Part shown: piece after piece, positions 18,867 to 30,400 of the stretch | Position numbering within the stretch: position 1 is the stretch's first letter | How the letters are laid out: the number at the start of each line of letters is the position of its first letter | Source: a bacterium | GTDB lineage: Bacteria > Electryoneota > Electryoneia > Electryoneales > Electryoneaceae | Assembly (NCBI GenBank): GCA_963675295.2 | Contig: CAXXKJ010000002.1 | Coordinates: 2,656,001 to 2,720,000, forward strand | Length of the DNA: 64,000 nucleotides | Direction: 5' to 3' | Position numbers and translations under genes: made by a program | Notes under the pieces: generated by a model | What the model was told of the DNA's origin: nothing | The model's input: the letters and a program-made list of their open reading frames with translations, nothing else | Database searches by the model: none

Positions 18867-19938
18867 TGAAGAACCGGAAGATATCGTGATACGTGACAAC
18901 CAGCACCAGTGCCAGCAACAGCACCATGCCGACATTCTGCGCGACGATCTTGATCCGTCCCGACACCGGCCGTCGAATCACGGCCTCAATCAGAATGAAG
19001 ACGAGATGCCCGCCATCCAGCACCGGGAACGGTAAAATATTGAGCAGGCCGATGCTGATGCTGATCAACGCGATGAAGCCGAGGAAGGTTTCCCATCCGG
19101 CACGCGCCGTTTCACCACTGAGGTACACAATGCCCGCGGGACCGGTCAGATCCTTCACCGACGCCTGGCCGGTAAACAGCATCTGGATCGACTTGATGCT
19201 CAACCCGAGGACATTGACTGTCATCCGGGCACCGAGGGAAACTCCCTCGCCGATGGTTACCGGCTCACGGGTGAAGTTCGGGCCTACGCCGACCATGCCG
19301 ACGTCTCGTGCGCCGTCGTCGTCCATGATTGCCTGAGACTTGGTCGTCATCGTCGCGGCGACGGTGTCTGCACCGCTCAGCCAGACCAGGTCAACGTCCA
19401 TGTCCGGCTTGGCGTGTACAGCATCGCGGAACTCTTCCCACGAAACGATCGTGTTGCCGTCTACGCTGAGAATGCGGTCACCGGGCAACAGGCCGGCTTC
19501 TTCCGCCGGGAAGCCCTGCGAGATACTGCCGATCACCGGGGACGGGTCGATCACCGCTTCGCCCTTGACCCAGGCGATGCCGGTGTAGAGAATGAAGCCG
19601 AGCAGGAAATTCATCAACACGCCGGCGGTGATGACGAACGCCTTCTGCAGCGTGTTCTTCGATTGGAATTCCCACGGCTCGCCGGTGATTTCGTCACCAC
19701 CGAACTCGTCAATCATGCCGGAGATCTTGACATAGCCGCCGAGTGGGATGTAGCCGAGGCGGTATTCTGTTTCCCCGCGCTTGATTCCGACCAGCTTGCC
19801 GAAACCGAGCGAAAACGCTTCCACCCGCGCGCCGACAGCCTTTGCGGCGAAAAAGTGGCCGGCTTCATGGACGAAGACAACCACGCCGAGGACAACGATG
19901 AACGACACAAACGTCAATAACATGAGCAGTCCGATCAA
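18859..19938 (-). CDS. rseP: RIP metalloprotease RseP
   Basis: HEAGH, IPLGGYVKISGM, AGVLMN, one PDZ domain and NILPFPVLDGGH. Confidence 0.93.
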   Translation of the reverse strand: MIGLLMLLTFVSFIVVLGVVVFVHEAGHFFAAKAVGARVEAFSLGFGKLVGIKRGETEYRLGYIPLGGYVKISGMIDEFGGDEITGEPWEFQSKNTLQKAFVITAGVLMNFLLGFILYTGIAWVKGEAVIDPSPVIGSISQGFPAEEAGLLPGDRILSVDGNTIVSWEEFRDAVHAKPDMDVDLVWLSGADTVAATMTTKSQAIMDDDGARDVGMVGVGPNFTREPVTIGEGVSLGARMTVNVLGLSIKSIQMLFTGQASVKDLTGPAGIVYLSGETARAGWETFLGFIALISISIGLLNILPFPVLDGGHLVFILIEAVIRRPVSGRIKIVAQNVGMVLLLALVLVVTYHDIFRFFID

Positions 19939-19989
19939 GCAAAATTCAGCGCGTCACACCTGACGCTGACAACTCAGAAGATAAGGGTG

Positions 19990-20021
19990 AGAAAGGCCGG
20001 TTCGCACGTACGAACCGGCCT
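19990..20021 (-). terminator. Intrinsic terminator downstream of the outer-membrane protein gene
   Basis: Perfect 11-bp stem AGGCCGGTTCG/CGAACCGGCCT with a 6-nt loop, followed by TTC on the minus strand. Confidence 0.65.
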
Positions 20022-20078
20022 CAATTCGGTTTCGTCTACCCTGCATACTTTGAGATGCAGGAATAGTTCCGGAGTTGT

Positions 20079-20750
20079 TTACCCTCCGAGAACAATCCCG
20101 GCCTGCAACGTAAGCCAGTTCCCCGGCGCGGGGTCTTCCAGGCTCGGAATGATGTAGTATTTCATGCCGACACGGAACGCGAGCGGGAAGCCGGTCGGCT
20201 TCAGCTTGGCGCCAAGAGCGAGGTGCAGACCAAACTCCATCTGGATCTCGTCCACAAGATCAGCTTCATCAACTTCTTCGGAAGCTGAATCAACGTTATC
20301 AAGAATCAGCTCAGAAGAAAAGACGGGTGCTACGGCCATAAAGGACGGTCCAGCACCGACAAACACTCCACCAATTCCAGGCAAAGGCAGCACAGTGTAG
20401 GTAGCAGTCAAATCTGCTCCAGCACGTAAATACGGAAGTGTTTCTTCTTCCGGCAAGAAGGATCCGGCGCCCGGCACATTCGAAACATAGCCGGCATCGT
20501 AGGAGCCGTAGGCAGCTTCCAGACTCAGTGCAAGATCAACCATTGGAATCATGCCAAACGTAATGTCAATACCACCGCCCACCAGCCCGTTCATCTCGCT
20601 GCGAACGATACCACCATATCCGTCGCCAAACTCGATCAGGTTCGCCTCTCCATCAATCGTTGTAGCATCGTAGTTGAAGTGGAACCCGATTCCGGCGAAG
20701 CCCGGCGCTGCCATCAAGCACAACACTAAAACAGCGATCACCTTTTTCAT
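20079..20750 (-). CDS. Probable small outer-membrane beta-barrel protein
   Basis: GGAG RBS, signal peptide MKKVIAVLVLCLMAAPGFA, and alternating hydrophobic strands (VFVGAG, FGLHLALGAKL, WLTLQAGIVL). Confidence 0.7.
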   Translation of the reverse strand: MKKVIAVLVLCLMAAPGFAGIGFHFNYDATTIDGEANLIEFGDGYGGIVRSEMNGLVGGGIDITFGMIPMVDLALSLEAAYGSYDAGYVSNVPGAGSFLPEEETLPYLRAGADLTATYTVLPLPGIGGVFVGAGPSFMAVAPVFSSELILDNVDSASEEVDEADLVDEIQMEFGLHLALGAKLKPTGFPLAFRVGMKYYIIPSLEDPAPGNWLTLQAGIVLGG

Positions 20751-20905
20751 CTTCTTCTCCCTGGAAGACGTTACGCCCAAACTTGGATCCAGACCCGGAA
20801 TACCGGCATGCCACACAGATCGAACCGTGTGATGAAAAGTGCTACGTGTACGGTATGTCTGGATTTCGCGTCTAAGATGGTATCATTGATGTAACAGACA
20901 CAAGA

Positions 20906-20924
20906 GGAAAATGCGAAATTTTCC
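20906..20924. promoter_or_regulatory. Operator-like inverted repeat GGAAAAT-N5-ATTTTCC
   Basis: Perfect 7-bp arms in the AT-rich region upstream of the OMP gene. Confidence 0.4.
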
Positions 20925-21106
20925 ATTTGCTGTGAACGAGTTTGCCGGCAATACCGCTGGGACAACAGTTTGTCACAGTTCCCGTAACTCTGTAGTAACA
21001 AGGACGTATGAACGATCATGCCATGACAGATCTGCTGATTATTCACCATCCGGATTGAGACGTACGAGTTCACGGACGGAATTGTTTTCCGCCTGCATCG
21101 GCCTAC

Positions 21107-21137
21107 AAGAAGAAAACCGTGACATAAGCCACGGTTT
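21107..21137 (-). terminator. Intrinsic terminator after lpxA
   Basis: Minus strand AAACCGTGG-CTTATG-TCACGGTTT followed by TCTTCTT. Confidence 0.65.
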
Positions 21138-21164
21138 GGAATATCCGCAAAGCGTGTTCAGCAA

Positions 21165-21965
21165 TCAGAAATCGGACTCTTTCTTCGCCCGTCCGACAAT
21201 TCCTCGCTCCGAATCATTCTCGATGAAGTTGACGATCGTCTGCACTTCCGGTGTCATCTCCATTTCGTCCTTGATGCGTTGCAGCGCCTGCTTCACGTTC
21301 AACTGACTGCGGTAAATGATACGGTACGCGTGCTTGATGGTGTTGATCGTTTCGTTGCTGAAGCCACGGCGGCGCAGCCCGATCGAGTTGACACCGCGAT
21401 ACGTAATCGGTTCGCCAGCGGCGAGAATGTACGGCGGCACATCCTGCGGCACACGCCACCCCCCGCCAATAAAAGCGTGCTGGCCGAGGCGCGTGAACTG
21501 GTGAATCGGCACCATCCCGCCAATTCCGACCCAGTCCTCGATCGTGACATGTCCGGCCATGTTCACCGAATTGGCGAGAATGACGCGGTTTCCGAGGTGG
21601 CAGTCGTGCGCAACATGCGTGTACGCCATCAGCAGACAGTCTTCGCCGACGGACGAGCTGCCGGATTCATGCGTGCCCCGGTTGAGCGTGGCGAACTCAC
21701 GGATCACGGTCCGGTCGCCGACCTCCATCGTTGTCTCTTCGCCCTCGAACTTGAGATCTTGCGGGTCCGAGCCGATAACAGCACCGGAGAAGACGCGTAC
21801 ATCCTTGCCCAGCCGTGCCCACTTGGTGATCGTGGCGTGCGCGGCAATCTTGCAGCCGTCTCCAACAACCGCACCGTCCTCGATAACGGCGAACGGGCCG
21901 ACGGTCACGTTTTCACCGATCTGGGCGTTGTTCCCAACGGCGGCGCGCGGATCGATCTGGCTCAT
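21165..21965 (-). CDS. lpxA: Acyl-ACP--UDP-N-acetylglucosamine O-acyltransferase
   Basis: Hexapeptide repeats, PQDLKF, IREFATLNRGT, HVAHDC, GHV, HQF and NSIGLRRRGF. Confidence 0.96.
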   Translation of the reverse strand: MSQIDPRAAVGNNAQIGENVTVGPFAVIEDGAVVGDGCKIAAHATITKWARLGKDVRVFSGAVIGSDPQDLKFEGEETTMEVGDRTVIREFATLNRGTHESGSSSVGEDCLLMAYTHVAHDCHLGNRVILANSVNMAGHVTIEDWVGIGGMVPIHQFTRLGQHAFIGGGWRVPQDVPPYILAAGEPITYRGVNSIGLRRRGFSNETINTIKHAYRIIYRSQLNVKQALQRIKDEMEMTPEVQTIVNFIENDSERGIVGRAKKESDF

Positions 21966-23362
21966 TTGTCGCGCTCCTTGATGACGGCCTGCATTTCGGC
22001 CTGCGCCGCGAGTTCGTCATCGACAAACGCCTGGCCCTGCATCTTGCAGATACCACGGCGGAAGTAGATCAATTCAACACGGAAATACAGCGTGTCGCCC
22101 GGTACCACCATGCGGCGGAATTTGACGTTGTCCAGCTTGGTGAAGTAGACGATGCTGTCTTCCGGGTTGGCGGATTCGTTCAGCAGCAGCACACCACCCA
22201 CCTGCCCCATCGCTTCGATGATCAGCACGCCCGGCATGATCGGATGCCCGGGGAAGTGGCCCTGGAAGAACGGTTCGTTAGCTGTAACGTTTTTGATCCC
22301 CGTAACCAGTTCCCCAGGAACCAGCTCGAGAATTCGATCCACCAGCAGGAACGGGTAGCGATGCGGAAGCAGTCGCTGAATCGCTTCGACGTCAAAGACA
22401 TACGACGTGGTCTGCGTGCGCTGGTACTTCTTCGTCAGCTTCCGCTGCTGGTAGATCTTGCGCATCTTGCGGACCATCTCGACATGCGATTCGTGCCCCG
22501 CGCGTGCAGCCATCACATGCCCGCGTATCGGCAGTCCGAGCAACGCGAAGTCGCCGATCAGGTCGACGACCTTGTGCCGTACCGGCTCGTTGTAGAACCG
22601 TAGCGGACGATCGTCCAGAATGCCGCTTTCGCCGAGCTTCAATTCATGATCGACGCCGAACACGCCCTTGAGGCGCTCGAGTTCGTCATCGTCCAGGTCA
22701 CGGTCCACGATCACCAGCCCGCCTTCCAGCGACGCACCCTTGATCAGACCGTGCTCCTTGAGGTATTCGATTTCGCTGAGGAAGGCGAAGGTGCGCGCTT
22801 CGGAGAACTCACTGACGTATTCTTCCTCGAGGCTGTACATCGAAGTGTACTGCGTGCCAAGCGCCGGGTTGCGATAATCAACCATGTAGGTGATGCGGAA
22901 TTCGTCCGACGGCACGATGACGAGATCGATCCCCTTCTCTTCGTCGTGGAAGATCAGGGTCTTGTTGATCTCGAGGTACTCTTTCGGCGCTTCCTGTTCG
23001 ACGATTCCGGCTTCGAGCAGCTCGTCCACGAATGGTTTCGAGGAGCCGTCAATCACCGGCGGCTCGATGTTGTCGAGCGCGACGACGCAGTTATCGATCT
23101 CGAGACCGGCGAGCGCCGAAAGCACATGTTCGACGGTGTGGACTCTTACCTCGCCCTGCGCAATGGTGGTACCGCGTGAGATGTCGATGACATGATCGAT
23201 GTCCGCCTTGATGCGCGGGCTGTCATCGATATCAGTCCGTTCAAACCAGTAACCCGACCCGGCCGGGGCGGGCTTGAAGGTCATCTTGGTCTTCACACCG
23301 GTATGCAGGCCGGTGCCTTCGAGTGTGACTTCTTTGCCGATGGTCCGCTGATTCTTGAGCAA
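21962..23362 (-). CDS. lpxC/fabZ: Bifunctional LpxC deacetylase / FabZ 3-hydroxyacyl-ACP dehydratase
   Basis: LpxC motifs [27 protein letters not shown] and [10 protein letters not shown] fused in frame to FabZ motifs [11 protein letters not shown] and [23 protein letters not shown] start after GGAGGGG. Confidence 0.95.
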   Translation of the reverse strand: MLKNQRTIGKEVTLEGTGLHTGVKTKMTFKPAPAGSGYWFERTDIDDSPRIKADIDHVIDISRGTTIAQGEVRVHTVEHVLSALAGLEIDNCVVALDNIEPPVIDGSSKPFVDELLEAGIVEQEAPKEYLEINKTLIFHDEEKGIDLVIVPSDEFRITYMVDYRNPALGTQYTSMYSLEEEYVSEFSEARTFAFLSEIEYLKEHGLIKGASLEGGLVIVDRDLDDDELERLKGVFGVDHELKLGESGILDDRPLRFYNEPVRHKVVDLIGDFALLGLPIRGHVMAARAGHESHVEMVRKMRKIYQQRKLTKKYQRTQTTSYVFDVEAIQRLLPHRYPFLLVDRILELVPGELVTGIKNVTANEPFFQGHFPGHPIMPGVLIIEAMGQVGGVLLLNESANPEDSIVYFTKLDNVKFRRMVVPGDTLYFRVELIYFRRGICKMQGQAFVDDELAAQAEMQAVIKERDK

Positions 23363-23385
23363 GAATTCCCCTCCGCGTTCGGAGC

Positions 23386-24402
23386 TCAGTCGCTCCCTCC
23401 CTCCAACTTCTTCAGGCGCCGAAGAGCTGCCGGCAGCTTGTTGACAGCAGCAACCGACCGTTGCCAATCACGGATATCAACGGCTGGAGTGCCGCCGATC
23501 ACCTTGTTCGGGCCGGGATCTTTGTGTACGCCTGACTGCGCGGCGATCAGGACGCCGTCGCTCATCCGAATATGGCCCGCCAGCCCGACTTGTCCCCCAT
23601 ACATCGAGCGCGCTCCGACCTTGGTCGAGCCCGCGATGCCCACTTGGGCGGCAAAGACAGTGTTCTCTCCGATTTCGACGTTGTGCGCGATCTGGACGAG
23701 GTTGTCCAGCTTGACACCACGCCGAATGACCGTCTTTCCGAGTGTTGCCCGGTCGATGGTCGTGTTCGCGCCGATTTCGACGTCGTCTTCGATGACGACA
23801 TTCCCCACCTGCGGAATCTTGGTGTAGCCTTCCTCACCGGGAGCGAAGCCGAAACCGTCTGAACCGATCACCGCGCCATCCTGAATGATGACCCGGTTGC
23901 CGATCTCGCACAGTTCACGAACGGTCACCCGGCTGTGGAACAGGCAGTCTTCACCGATGATCACGTCCCGTCCGACGAAACACTGCGCCCGCAGGATTGT
24001 ATTCGCACCGATTTTCGCGCTGGATTCAATGACGCACTGCGGCCCGACGGTTACGCCGTCCGCAATCACGGCATCGTCTGCTACCACCGCGCTCGGGTGA
24101 ATACCTGGCGCGGGACGTTCGACTTCCGGGTGGAAATGATGCAGAGTGGCGAGAAACGCCCGGTAGGGTTCGGGAGTGACGAAATACGTCCGCCTCTCCG
24201 CTTCCCCGTCCGGGATCGTCTCCAGAATTACCGCGCCGGCGTGCGTGTCAGGCAGATACTTGAGATACGTCTTGTTGGCGATGAAGGTGATTTCATCGCC
24301 AGACGCTTCCTCGATCTTGCTCACACCGGTCAACTGCAGTGACGCATCTCCCACCAGCTCGGCGTTTAACTGCTTTGCTAGTTCGCCTGCTGAGATGGTC
24401 AT
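23386..24402 (-). CDS. lpxD: UDP-3-O-(3-hydroxyacyl)glucosamine N-acyltransferase
   Basis: IGSDGFGF, KIPQVGNV, EIGANTTIDRA and KLDNLVQIAHNV. Confidence 0.96.
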   Translation of the reverse strand: MTISAGELAKQLNAELVGDASLQLTGVSKIEEASGDEITFIANKTYLKYLPDTHAGAVILETIPDGEAERRTYFVTPEPYRAFLATLHHFHPEVERPAPGIHPSAVVADDAVIADGVTVGPQCVIESSAKIGANTILRAQCFVGRDVIIGEDCLFHSRVTVRELCEIGNRVIIQDGAVIGSDGFGFAPGEEGYTKIPQVGNVVIEDDVEIGANTTIDRATLGKTVIRRGVKLDNLVQIAHNVEIGENTVFAAQVGIAGSTKVGARSMYGGQVGLAGHIRMSDGVLIAAQSGVHKDPGPNKVIGGTPAVDIRDWQRSVAAVNKLPAALRRLKKLEGGSD

Positions 24403-24920
24403 TGCGTCTTCTTCAGTTCTTCGAGTACGAGGTCGGTGATATCCAGGGACGGATCGGCATAGGCAATCGCGGTGCCGATGGCGTCGAGGATGATGTCGTA
24501 GCCGTCCTCGGAAGCGATCTTGTCGATCACAGTCTGAATCTTGTCATTGATTGGAGCGAACAGTTCCTGGTTCCGTTGCATCGCCTTGCGTTCGATACCG
24601 GCCTGGAACTCACGGTATTCGAGCATCTTGCGCTGGAACTTGGATTCGACTTCCGCCTTCTTCTCCTCACTGTAGAACATCGAGCCTTCGGCGAGCTCGG
24701 TATCCAGCGCCTGGAGTTCTTCTTCCATTTCCTGGGCCTGACGCTGCCATTCCTGGATTTCCTCTTCCAGGATCTTCTGAGCGTCCTGCGCTTCCGGGTA
24801 CTCATTCAGGATCCGGTCGGAAATGATGATGCCGACCTTGGCATCCTTCGCACTGACCGCACCGGAGAATGCCAGCACCGCGACCAGAACGATCGCCAGC
24901 GGGGTGATCCATGCCTTCAT
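24399..24920 (-). CDS. skp: OmpH/Skp periplasmic chaperone
   Basis: Signal peptide, KVGII, coiled-coil core and GYDIILD...DITDLVL; lies between bamA and lpxD. Confidence 0.9.
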   Translation of the reverse strand: MKAWITPLAIVLVAVLAFSGAVSAKDAKVGIIISDRILNEYPEAQDAQKILEEEIQEWQRQAQEMEEELQALDTELAEGSMFYSEEKKAEVESKFQRKMLEYREFQAGIERKAMQRNQELFAPINDKIQTVIDKIASEDGYDIILDAIGTAIAYADPSLDITDLVLEELKKTQ

Positions 24921-24948
24921 CAGTAACCTCTGTCTTGTCTGCTTGAAT

Positions 24949-27303
24949 TTAGAACGTCCGTCCGAACTGGAAGTGCGGCACCCATTCGCCGTCACGCCGT
25001 CCATCGCTGCCGAGGTAGTCGAACCCGTACCCGTAATCGAGCCCGATCAGGCCGATCAGCGGCATGTACAGGCGTACGCCAAGCCCCACGGACCGGCGCA
25101 AATCGTTCAGGTTCGTCTCATCCCGCTTCGCCCACGTATTCCCCGCTTCGCCAAACGCGAGCAGGAACACGGTCGGATTCGGAATGATCGGCAGACGGAC
25201 TTCCAGTGTCTGCTTAAACATGCTTTGACCACCAAGCGGGTAACCACCGCTCTGTGGACCGACTTCGCCCTCCTCGTACCCTCGCATGGACTCGCCGTAA
25301 CTCAAGCCGCTGCCGCCCATGAAGAAGTAGTCGATGTAGGGGATTTTGTCCTCATCACCCAGATCGTACAGTACACCGAAGAGGGTGTGTGAGTAAAGCA
25401 CCAGCTTGCCGTACAACGGCGTGTACCACTCACCGCTGATGCGTTGCTTGAGGAATTCGTCATCACCGCCGAGCACCGTTCCCGCGACTTCGGTCGAGAA
25501 CGAGAACACGCTCCCCATCGTCGGGAATTCCGGGTTGTCGCGGCTGTCACGGCTGAACACCTGCGTGATCGAGCTGCCCCAGCGGGCGATGCCTTCATTC
25601 AGGCCACGCGGGTTCGACGCGATAAAGTCGGCCGTAAAGTTGTTGTAGAACGACCGGTCAATGCGGTAAATCCAATCACCGCGCGTGTAGTCGTCTGGCC
25701 ACCGGAACCGTCGTCCGATGCGCAGACTGCCGCCGGTGACGTGTTCGTCGTACCCGTAATAGGAACCGCCGCGCTTCAAGTCGTAGAAGCTGATCCCGCC
25801 GAGGGTCGGCGTGTCGAACATCCACGGTTCAGTGAAGCTGATGGAGAAGCTGCGGTAGATGCTGCCGAAGTTCCAGTCGAGGCTGATTGCCTGCCCGTTG
25901 CCGAGGAAGTTCGGCATGGTGAAGCCGACCGCGCCGATGACGCCGTCGAGTTCACTGTAACCGGCTGACACATTCGCCTGATCGGTCGGTTTCTCCTCGA
26001 CCTCAACGTACAGATCGACTTCCTTGTCATTGACCGGCTGCACGTCGGGTATAACATTCGCGAAGTAGTTCAGGATGGTCAATTCACGTGCCGACCGGCG
26101 CAACAGGGAGACATCGAAGGTTTCGCCCGGATACAGCACCATCTCGCGGCGAATCACCTTTTCCTTGGTCTTGGTGTTGCCGAGAATGTGAATCTTGCGC
26201 ACAGTAAACTGGTTGCCCTCGTATACCTGGAAGTCAACCTTCAGGGTGTCGTCGGAAACCGGAATCAGTGTCGGTTCAATGTTCGAGTAAATGTAGCCGC
26301 GGTCGTAGTAGAGATTGCCGAGCCGTTCGGAAACGGTCAGTTCCAGTTTTTCCTGGCTGTAGACATCTCCCGGCTTGAACGCGAGTCGTGACAGCATCAC
26401 GACATCATCGAAGATGGTGTTGCCCTCGAAGCTGACGTCGCCGAAATAGTACTGAACGCCTTCGTTTACGCGGAGATAGATATTCAGCCGGCTGAGGTCT
26501 TCCGAATAGGCGATGGAATCGCTGACGATCTCAGCGTCACGATAGCCGTTGTTACGGTAGAAGTTGAGGACGTTCTGCTGGTCGTTGTCATACTCGTGGG
26601 ATTCGAATTCACCGGGCCGGAACCAGCTCAGAATCCACCAGCCGCGCTGCTTTGTTTCCTTCATCTGCTTGCGCAGCGTCTTGTCGCTGAAGGCATCGTT
26701 TCCGATGAATTCGATCTCGTCGATGCGGACTTTGCTGCCTTCACTGACGCGGAAGATGACCGTTTTGCGTGTGTCCTCTTCGTCCTCGGAATCTTCGGTC
26801 TCGATCTCGATTTCCGCCAGCAGGTAGCCCTTGTCCTTGTACTCGTTCAGCAGGCGCTTCTTTGCAGCCTGCAGGCGAGCAGGACGCATCACCTGACCGC
26901 GGTACAATTCAAGCAGCTCCAGCGCCTTGTCGTCCTTGATCTTGCGGTTGCCGCTGACCTTGACCTCACCGATGCGCGGGTACTCTGCCACCCGGATCAG
27001 GAAAAAGGCACCGCCGGACACTTCCCGTTCCAGCAGGATTTCGATATTGCGGAACAGGTCGAGTGACCAGATCCTGCGAATCGCGCGCTGGATATCGTCG
27101 CCGGTAATCTCCTTGCCGACGACAAGGCCGGAATTGGCGACAATCAGCCCGGGATCGGCGGACTCTGCTCCTTCGACACGGACCCCCATCACCTTGATAG
27201 AGCGTGTCGGCTGTTCCTGTTGCGCGAACACACCGGCGACAGGGACAGTGAGAGCGAGAAGTGCTATGATAACTGGAATGAAACGAAGACAGCGATTTCG
27301 CAT
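24949..27303 (-). CDS. bamA: Outer membrane protein assembly factor BamA
   Basis: POTRA repeats (GNTKTKEKVIRRE), NFLGNGQ, SFTEPW, MRGY (VRGF/Y loop motif) and C-terminal HFQFGRTF. Confidence 0.95.
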   Translation of the reverse strand: MRNRCLRFIPVIIALLALTVPVAGVFAQQEQPTRSIKVMGVRVEGAESADPGLIVANSGLVVGKEITGDDIQRAIRRIWSLDLFRNIEILLEREVSGGAFFLIRVAEYPRIGEVKVSGNRKIKDDKALELLELYRGQVMRPARLQAAKKRLLNEYKDKGYLLAEIEIETEDSEDEEDTRKTVIFRVSEGSKVRIDEIEFIGNDAFSDKTLRKQMKETKQRGWWILSWFRPGEFESHEYDNDQQNVLNFYRNNGYRDAEIVSDSIAYSEDLSRLNIYLRVNEGVQYYFGDVSFEGNTIFDDVVMLSRLAFKPGDVYSQEKLELTVSERLGNLYYDRGYIYSNIEPTLIPVSDDTLKVDFQVYEGNQFTVRKIHILGNTKTKEKVIRREMVLYPGETFDVSLLRRSARELTILNYFANVIPDVQPVNDKEVDLYVEVEEKPTDQANVSAGYSELDGVIGAVGFTMPNFLGNGQAISLDWNFGSIYRSFSISFTEPWMFDTPTLGGISFYDLKRGGSYYGYDEHVTGGSLRIGRRFRWPDDYTRGDWIYRIDRSFYNNFTADFIASNPRGLNEGIARWGSSITQVFSRDSRDNPEFPTMGSVFSFSTEVAGTVLGGDDEFLKQRISGEWYTPLYGKLVLYSHTLFGVLYDLGDEDKIPYIDYFFMGGSGLSYGESMRGYEEGEVGPQSGGYPLGGQSMFKQTLEVRLPIIPNPTVFLLAFGEAGNTWAKRDETNLNDLRRSVGLGVRLYMPLIGLIGLDYGYGFDYLGSDGRRDGEWVPHFQFGRTF

Positions 27304-27409
27304 GACGATTTCTGCGCTTTCTGGAAAAACGGAATGTACGCGCGGGTGCAGTGCAAGACAAGCGGGCTCAGCAAAACGGGAACCCCGGACACTCGCACCC
27401 AATCCCCCT

Positions 27410-30400
27410 CTATTTCAAGAAACTGTCGCGCCACAGATCCGTCGCGCTCAGCTCCATGATATCAAACACAACGGAGTACTTGACCTGTGCCGACCGGTTG
27501 TTCTGGTCTTCCACATTCTCGTACTCCCAACCGAACTCGATCACGAAGTTCGGTGATATCGGCTGAATCCTGTACTGTAGGTTCCATTTCTGCAGCAACC
27601 CCAGCCGTCCCAGCTGAATGTCCTCGACACTTGCGTAGCGGGCTTCCTCCCCGAACTGGCCAGTGTACGAGATATAGACGTCACGATCGATATACTTGCC
27701 CAATGTGACTCGGCTCGCACGGAACAAGTTCCTGTTGCTCGTGGTCAAGCTGGTACGTTGATCGTCCTCGGCGGTGTTGTACCAGATGTCCGAGGGGTTC
27801 GTGCCGACGATATTGGTCGCAAATTGCGGCCGGAACTGAACGATGTCCAGCCCGAGCCAGTCGGCGGCGTCCCGTTCGATCGGTCCGAGGTAACGCCTGG
27901 CCACCGCTCGATCAATCCCACCCGCTCCCGAGGTAATGAACCGGTTCTGCAGTCCCTGGATGTCCGAAATACCGACACCCATTGCATTCAGAACCTCCTC
28001 CTGGCTCGATCCCTGCTCGTCCTCGAGTACAAAAGTAAATTCGCCCCAGCGGCCACGCTGCTGGCGTTCGCCGGTAATCGGGTCGATTACATACAGCGTC
28101 AGGTACATCTGACGGCTGAAGTTCTCCTCGGTAACCGTGGTGACCGCTCGCGCACTGACCAGTGGATACACGGAGGAGGCGTCAAAGGTGACCTCCGCGC
28201 GTTCCACATCGAAGATGAGGTCGAGGAACTCCACCCGTCCGGTCGTGCTGACAATCGTACCACCAAGCCGGAAGGAGGTATCCGCCAGGGCACCGGTAAT
28301 GTCAATCGGGAAAGTGGGTTCCGTCGGCTCGAGATTGATATCCAGCACCACCTGCCCAAGAAATTCAGAGAACGTTTCCAGGAATGGCGCGTTTTCCAGC
28401 CCCTTGACGATGCGTTCGTAGTGGACGTCGTGCCCGATAAACGCTTCCACATCCCAGCGAGCGTTGTTGATGAATGCCGGAGTTTCAACGGCGGAGCCAT
28501 TGTCCTCTTCACTCAGGAACAGCGCTTCTCGTGGCAGGATGGTCTGGAGAATGTTCTGTTCATCCTCCTCGACGATCGGCGGGTACGTAAAGGTTGCCGA
28601 CAGCAGGCTCAGCTGTCCGTCCACATACAGGCTGTCACGTGGTCCGGCAATGGTCAACCACTCGTCGTTCTTTCCGCTCACACTCAGCTGGGCATACCTC
28701 TCAGTTGTGCTGATGCCGGGAAGCCGGAACGGAATTCCCAGATCCTGATGGGTTCTGATTTTGAGCACGCCAAGATCGATTTCCGGCAGGTCCCAGTGAA
28801 TCGATTGCCGTTTGGGGTCGTCCGATTCTCCGGGAAGGTTGCTGATCTCGAACGGAAATTCGTTGACAAATTCACCCTGCGCCTTGCGAATGTTGACCAG
28901 GCCGTCGGTATCAATGGTGACGTCCACGTTCAGCGTTGTCAACGGCGGGAAGATGTCAGCGAATTCGAGGTTGCCGTTCTTGATCTGCATCTCACCGCGC
29001 GCTGCGACGGGTTTCCCGGCGACGATGGTTGTCGACCAGTTCAGGGAGCCATTTCCATTCGCACTGGTAATGAAACTCGACCATTGCGGTAAAAGTTCGA
29101 GGATGTCTCCCTTGAGACTAAGATCGAGCTCGCCGGCACCCCGATCGAGCGGGATCGCGCCGGACAGGGTGAGTTCGTAATGCTCGGGACGAACCAGCCG
29201 GGCCGTGTCGATAAACACCACGTGTCCCAGTCGTTCGGACGATATCCCCCGCATGCGGATCTGCGTGTCATCGAACTCGATTCCCCCCAGCACACCCTTT
29301 GCCAGGTCGAGATCGGCGGTCCAGGTTGGACGCAGCAAAGAGCCCGTCGCGTTACCCCGGAAACGCGCATCGCCGAGGATGACATCCTCCTGCCCGGTCA
29401 GCGTGGTGACCAGAATATTTGCGTCCGATCCAGGCGATTCGAGGTACAGGTCGAGGTTGTCGTCCGGGATTGAATAGCCACCGAGCATGGTGAACAGTGT
29501 GACGTTGCCGCGTCCCAGCGCGCCCTGCCTCAGGCTGACGTTGCCAAGTTCGTCGGTATCGACGGTCAGCAGGCCCCAATAGTCGGTGAGTTCGCCGTAG
29601 CGGCCATCGAACATTTCGAAATGGGCGTCGATATTCGGTTGTTTGAACGGTCCATCGAAGTTGACGCGGCCGTTGATTTCACCCGCTGCCAGCCCATCCG
29701 GCAGTTCGGTCAGAATTGGCAACAGGTAGCCGATATCGAGATCGGTAAAGCGTGCGGTCAGGTTGTTGAACAGTTCCTCGCGGAAATCGACCTCACCTTT
29801 CGCCTCGATGTAGTCCATGAAGGTGAATACGGGAATGGTGACCACGTCATCCAGGTAGGTGAATTCGAAGTCGCCGTTGCCAACGAACTGGTCCTTGAAA
29901 TTGAGATTGTAGCCGGCAACGGTGTACACCGCACCGGAGGTGTCCACAATCGCCAGTCCACTGAGGTCCAGGTCGAATCCGGTCACGGGATCGGCAATGG
30001 TGGCGAGTACCGTGATGCTGTCGCCGATGACTTTGGCCGTGGCGTGCGTGTCCATCTTCTCGACACGCTCCGGCATCTTGTACTTGTCATCCCACCAACT
30101 GAGGACAAGCTGCGGCTGCGTCGTTTGTATTCGCGCCGGATCGTCCATCGACTGGCTTATCTGGAAGTGAGCGTCGGGCAGCCGTAGCGAATACAGGTCG
30201 AGCGACGCGTTGTAGCCGTAGCGGCCGTAGCGTCCATGGAACTCACCGAAGGCCGGATTGCTAACATTTCGCACCCGTGCTTCGCCGCTGACGACAAAAT
30301 CCTCGTCCTCTAATTTGCGGATTAACACCTTTCCGTCGGCATACTTGCTGGTGATCGGTTCGACCCACTCCGGCAGGTTCCAACGTTCCCCCTGACCGGT

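Noticed and set aside
20771-21073. 100-aa ORF in the lpxA-OMP intergenic region
   Set aside because: Atypical Cys/His-rich composition, no RBS and no motif; better explained as regulatory DNA.
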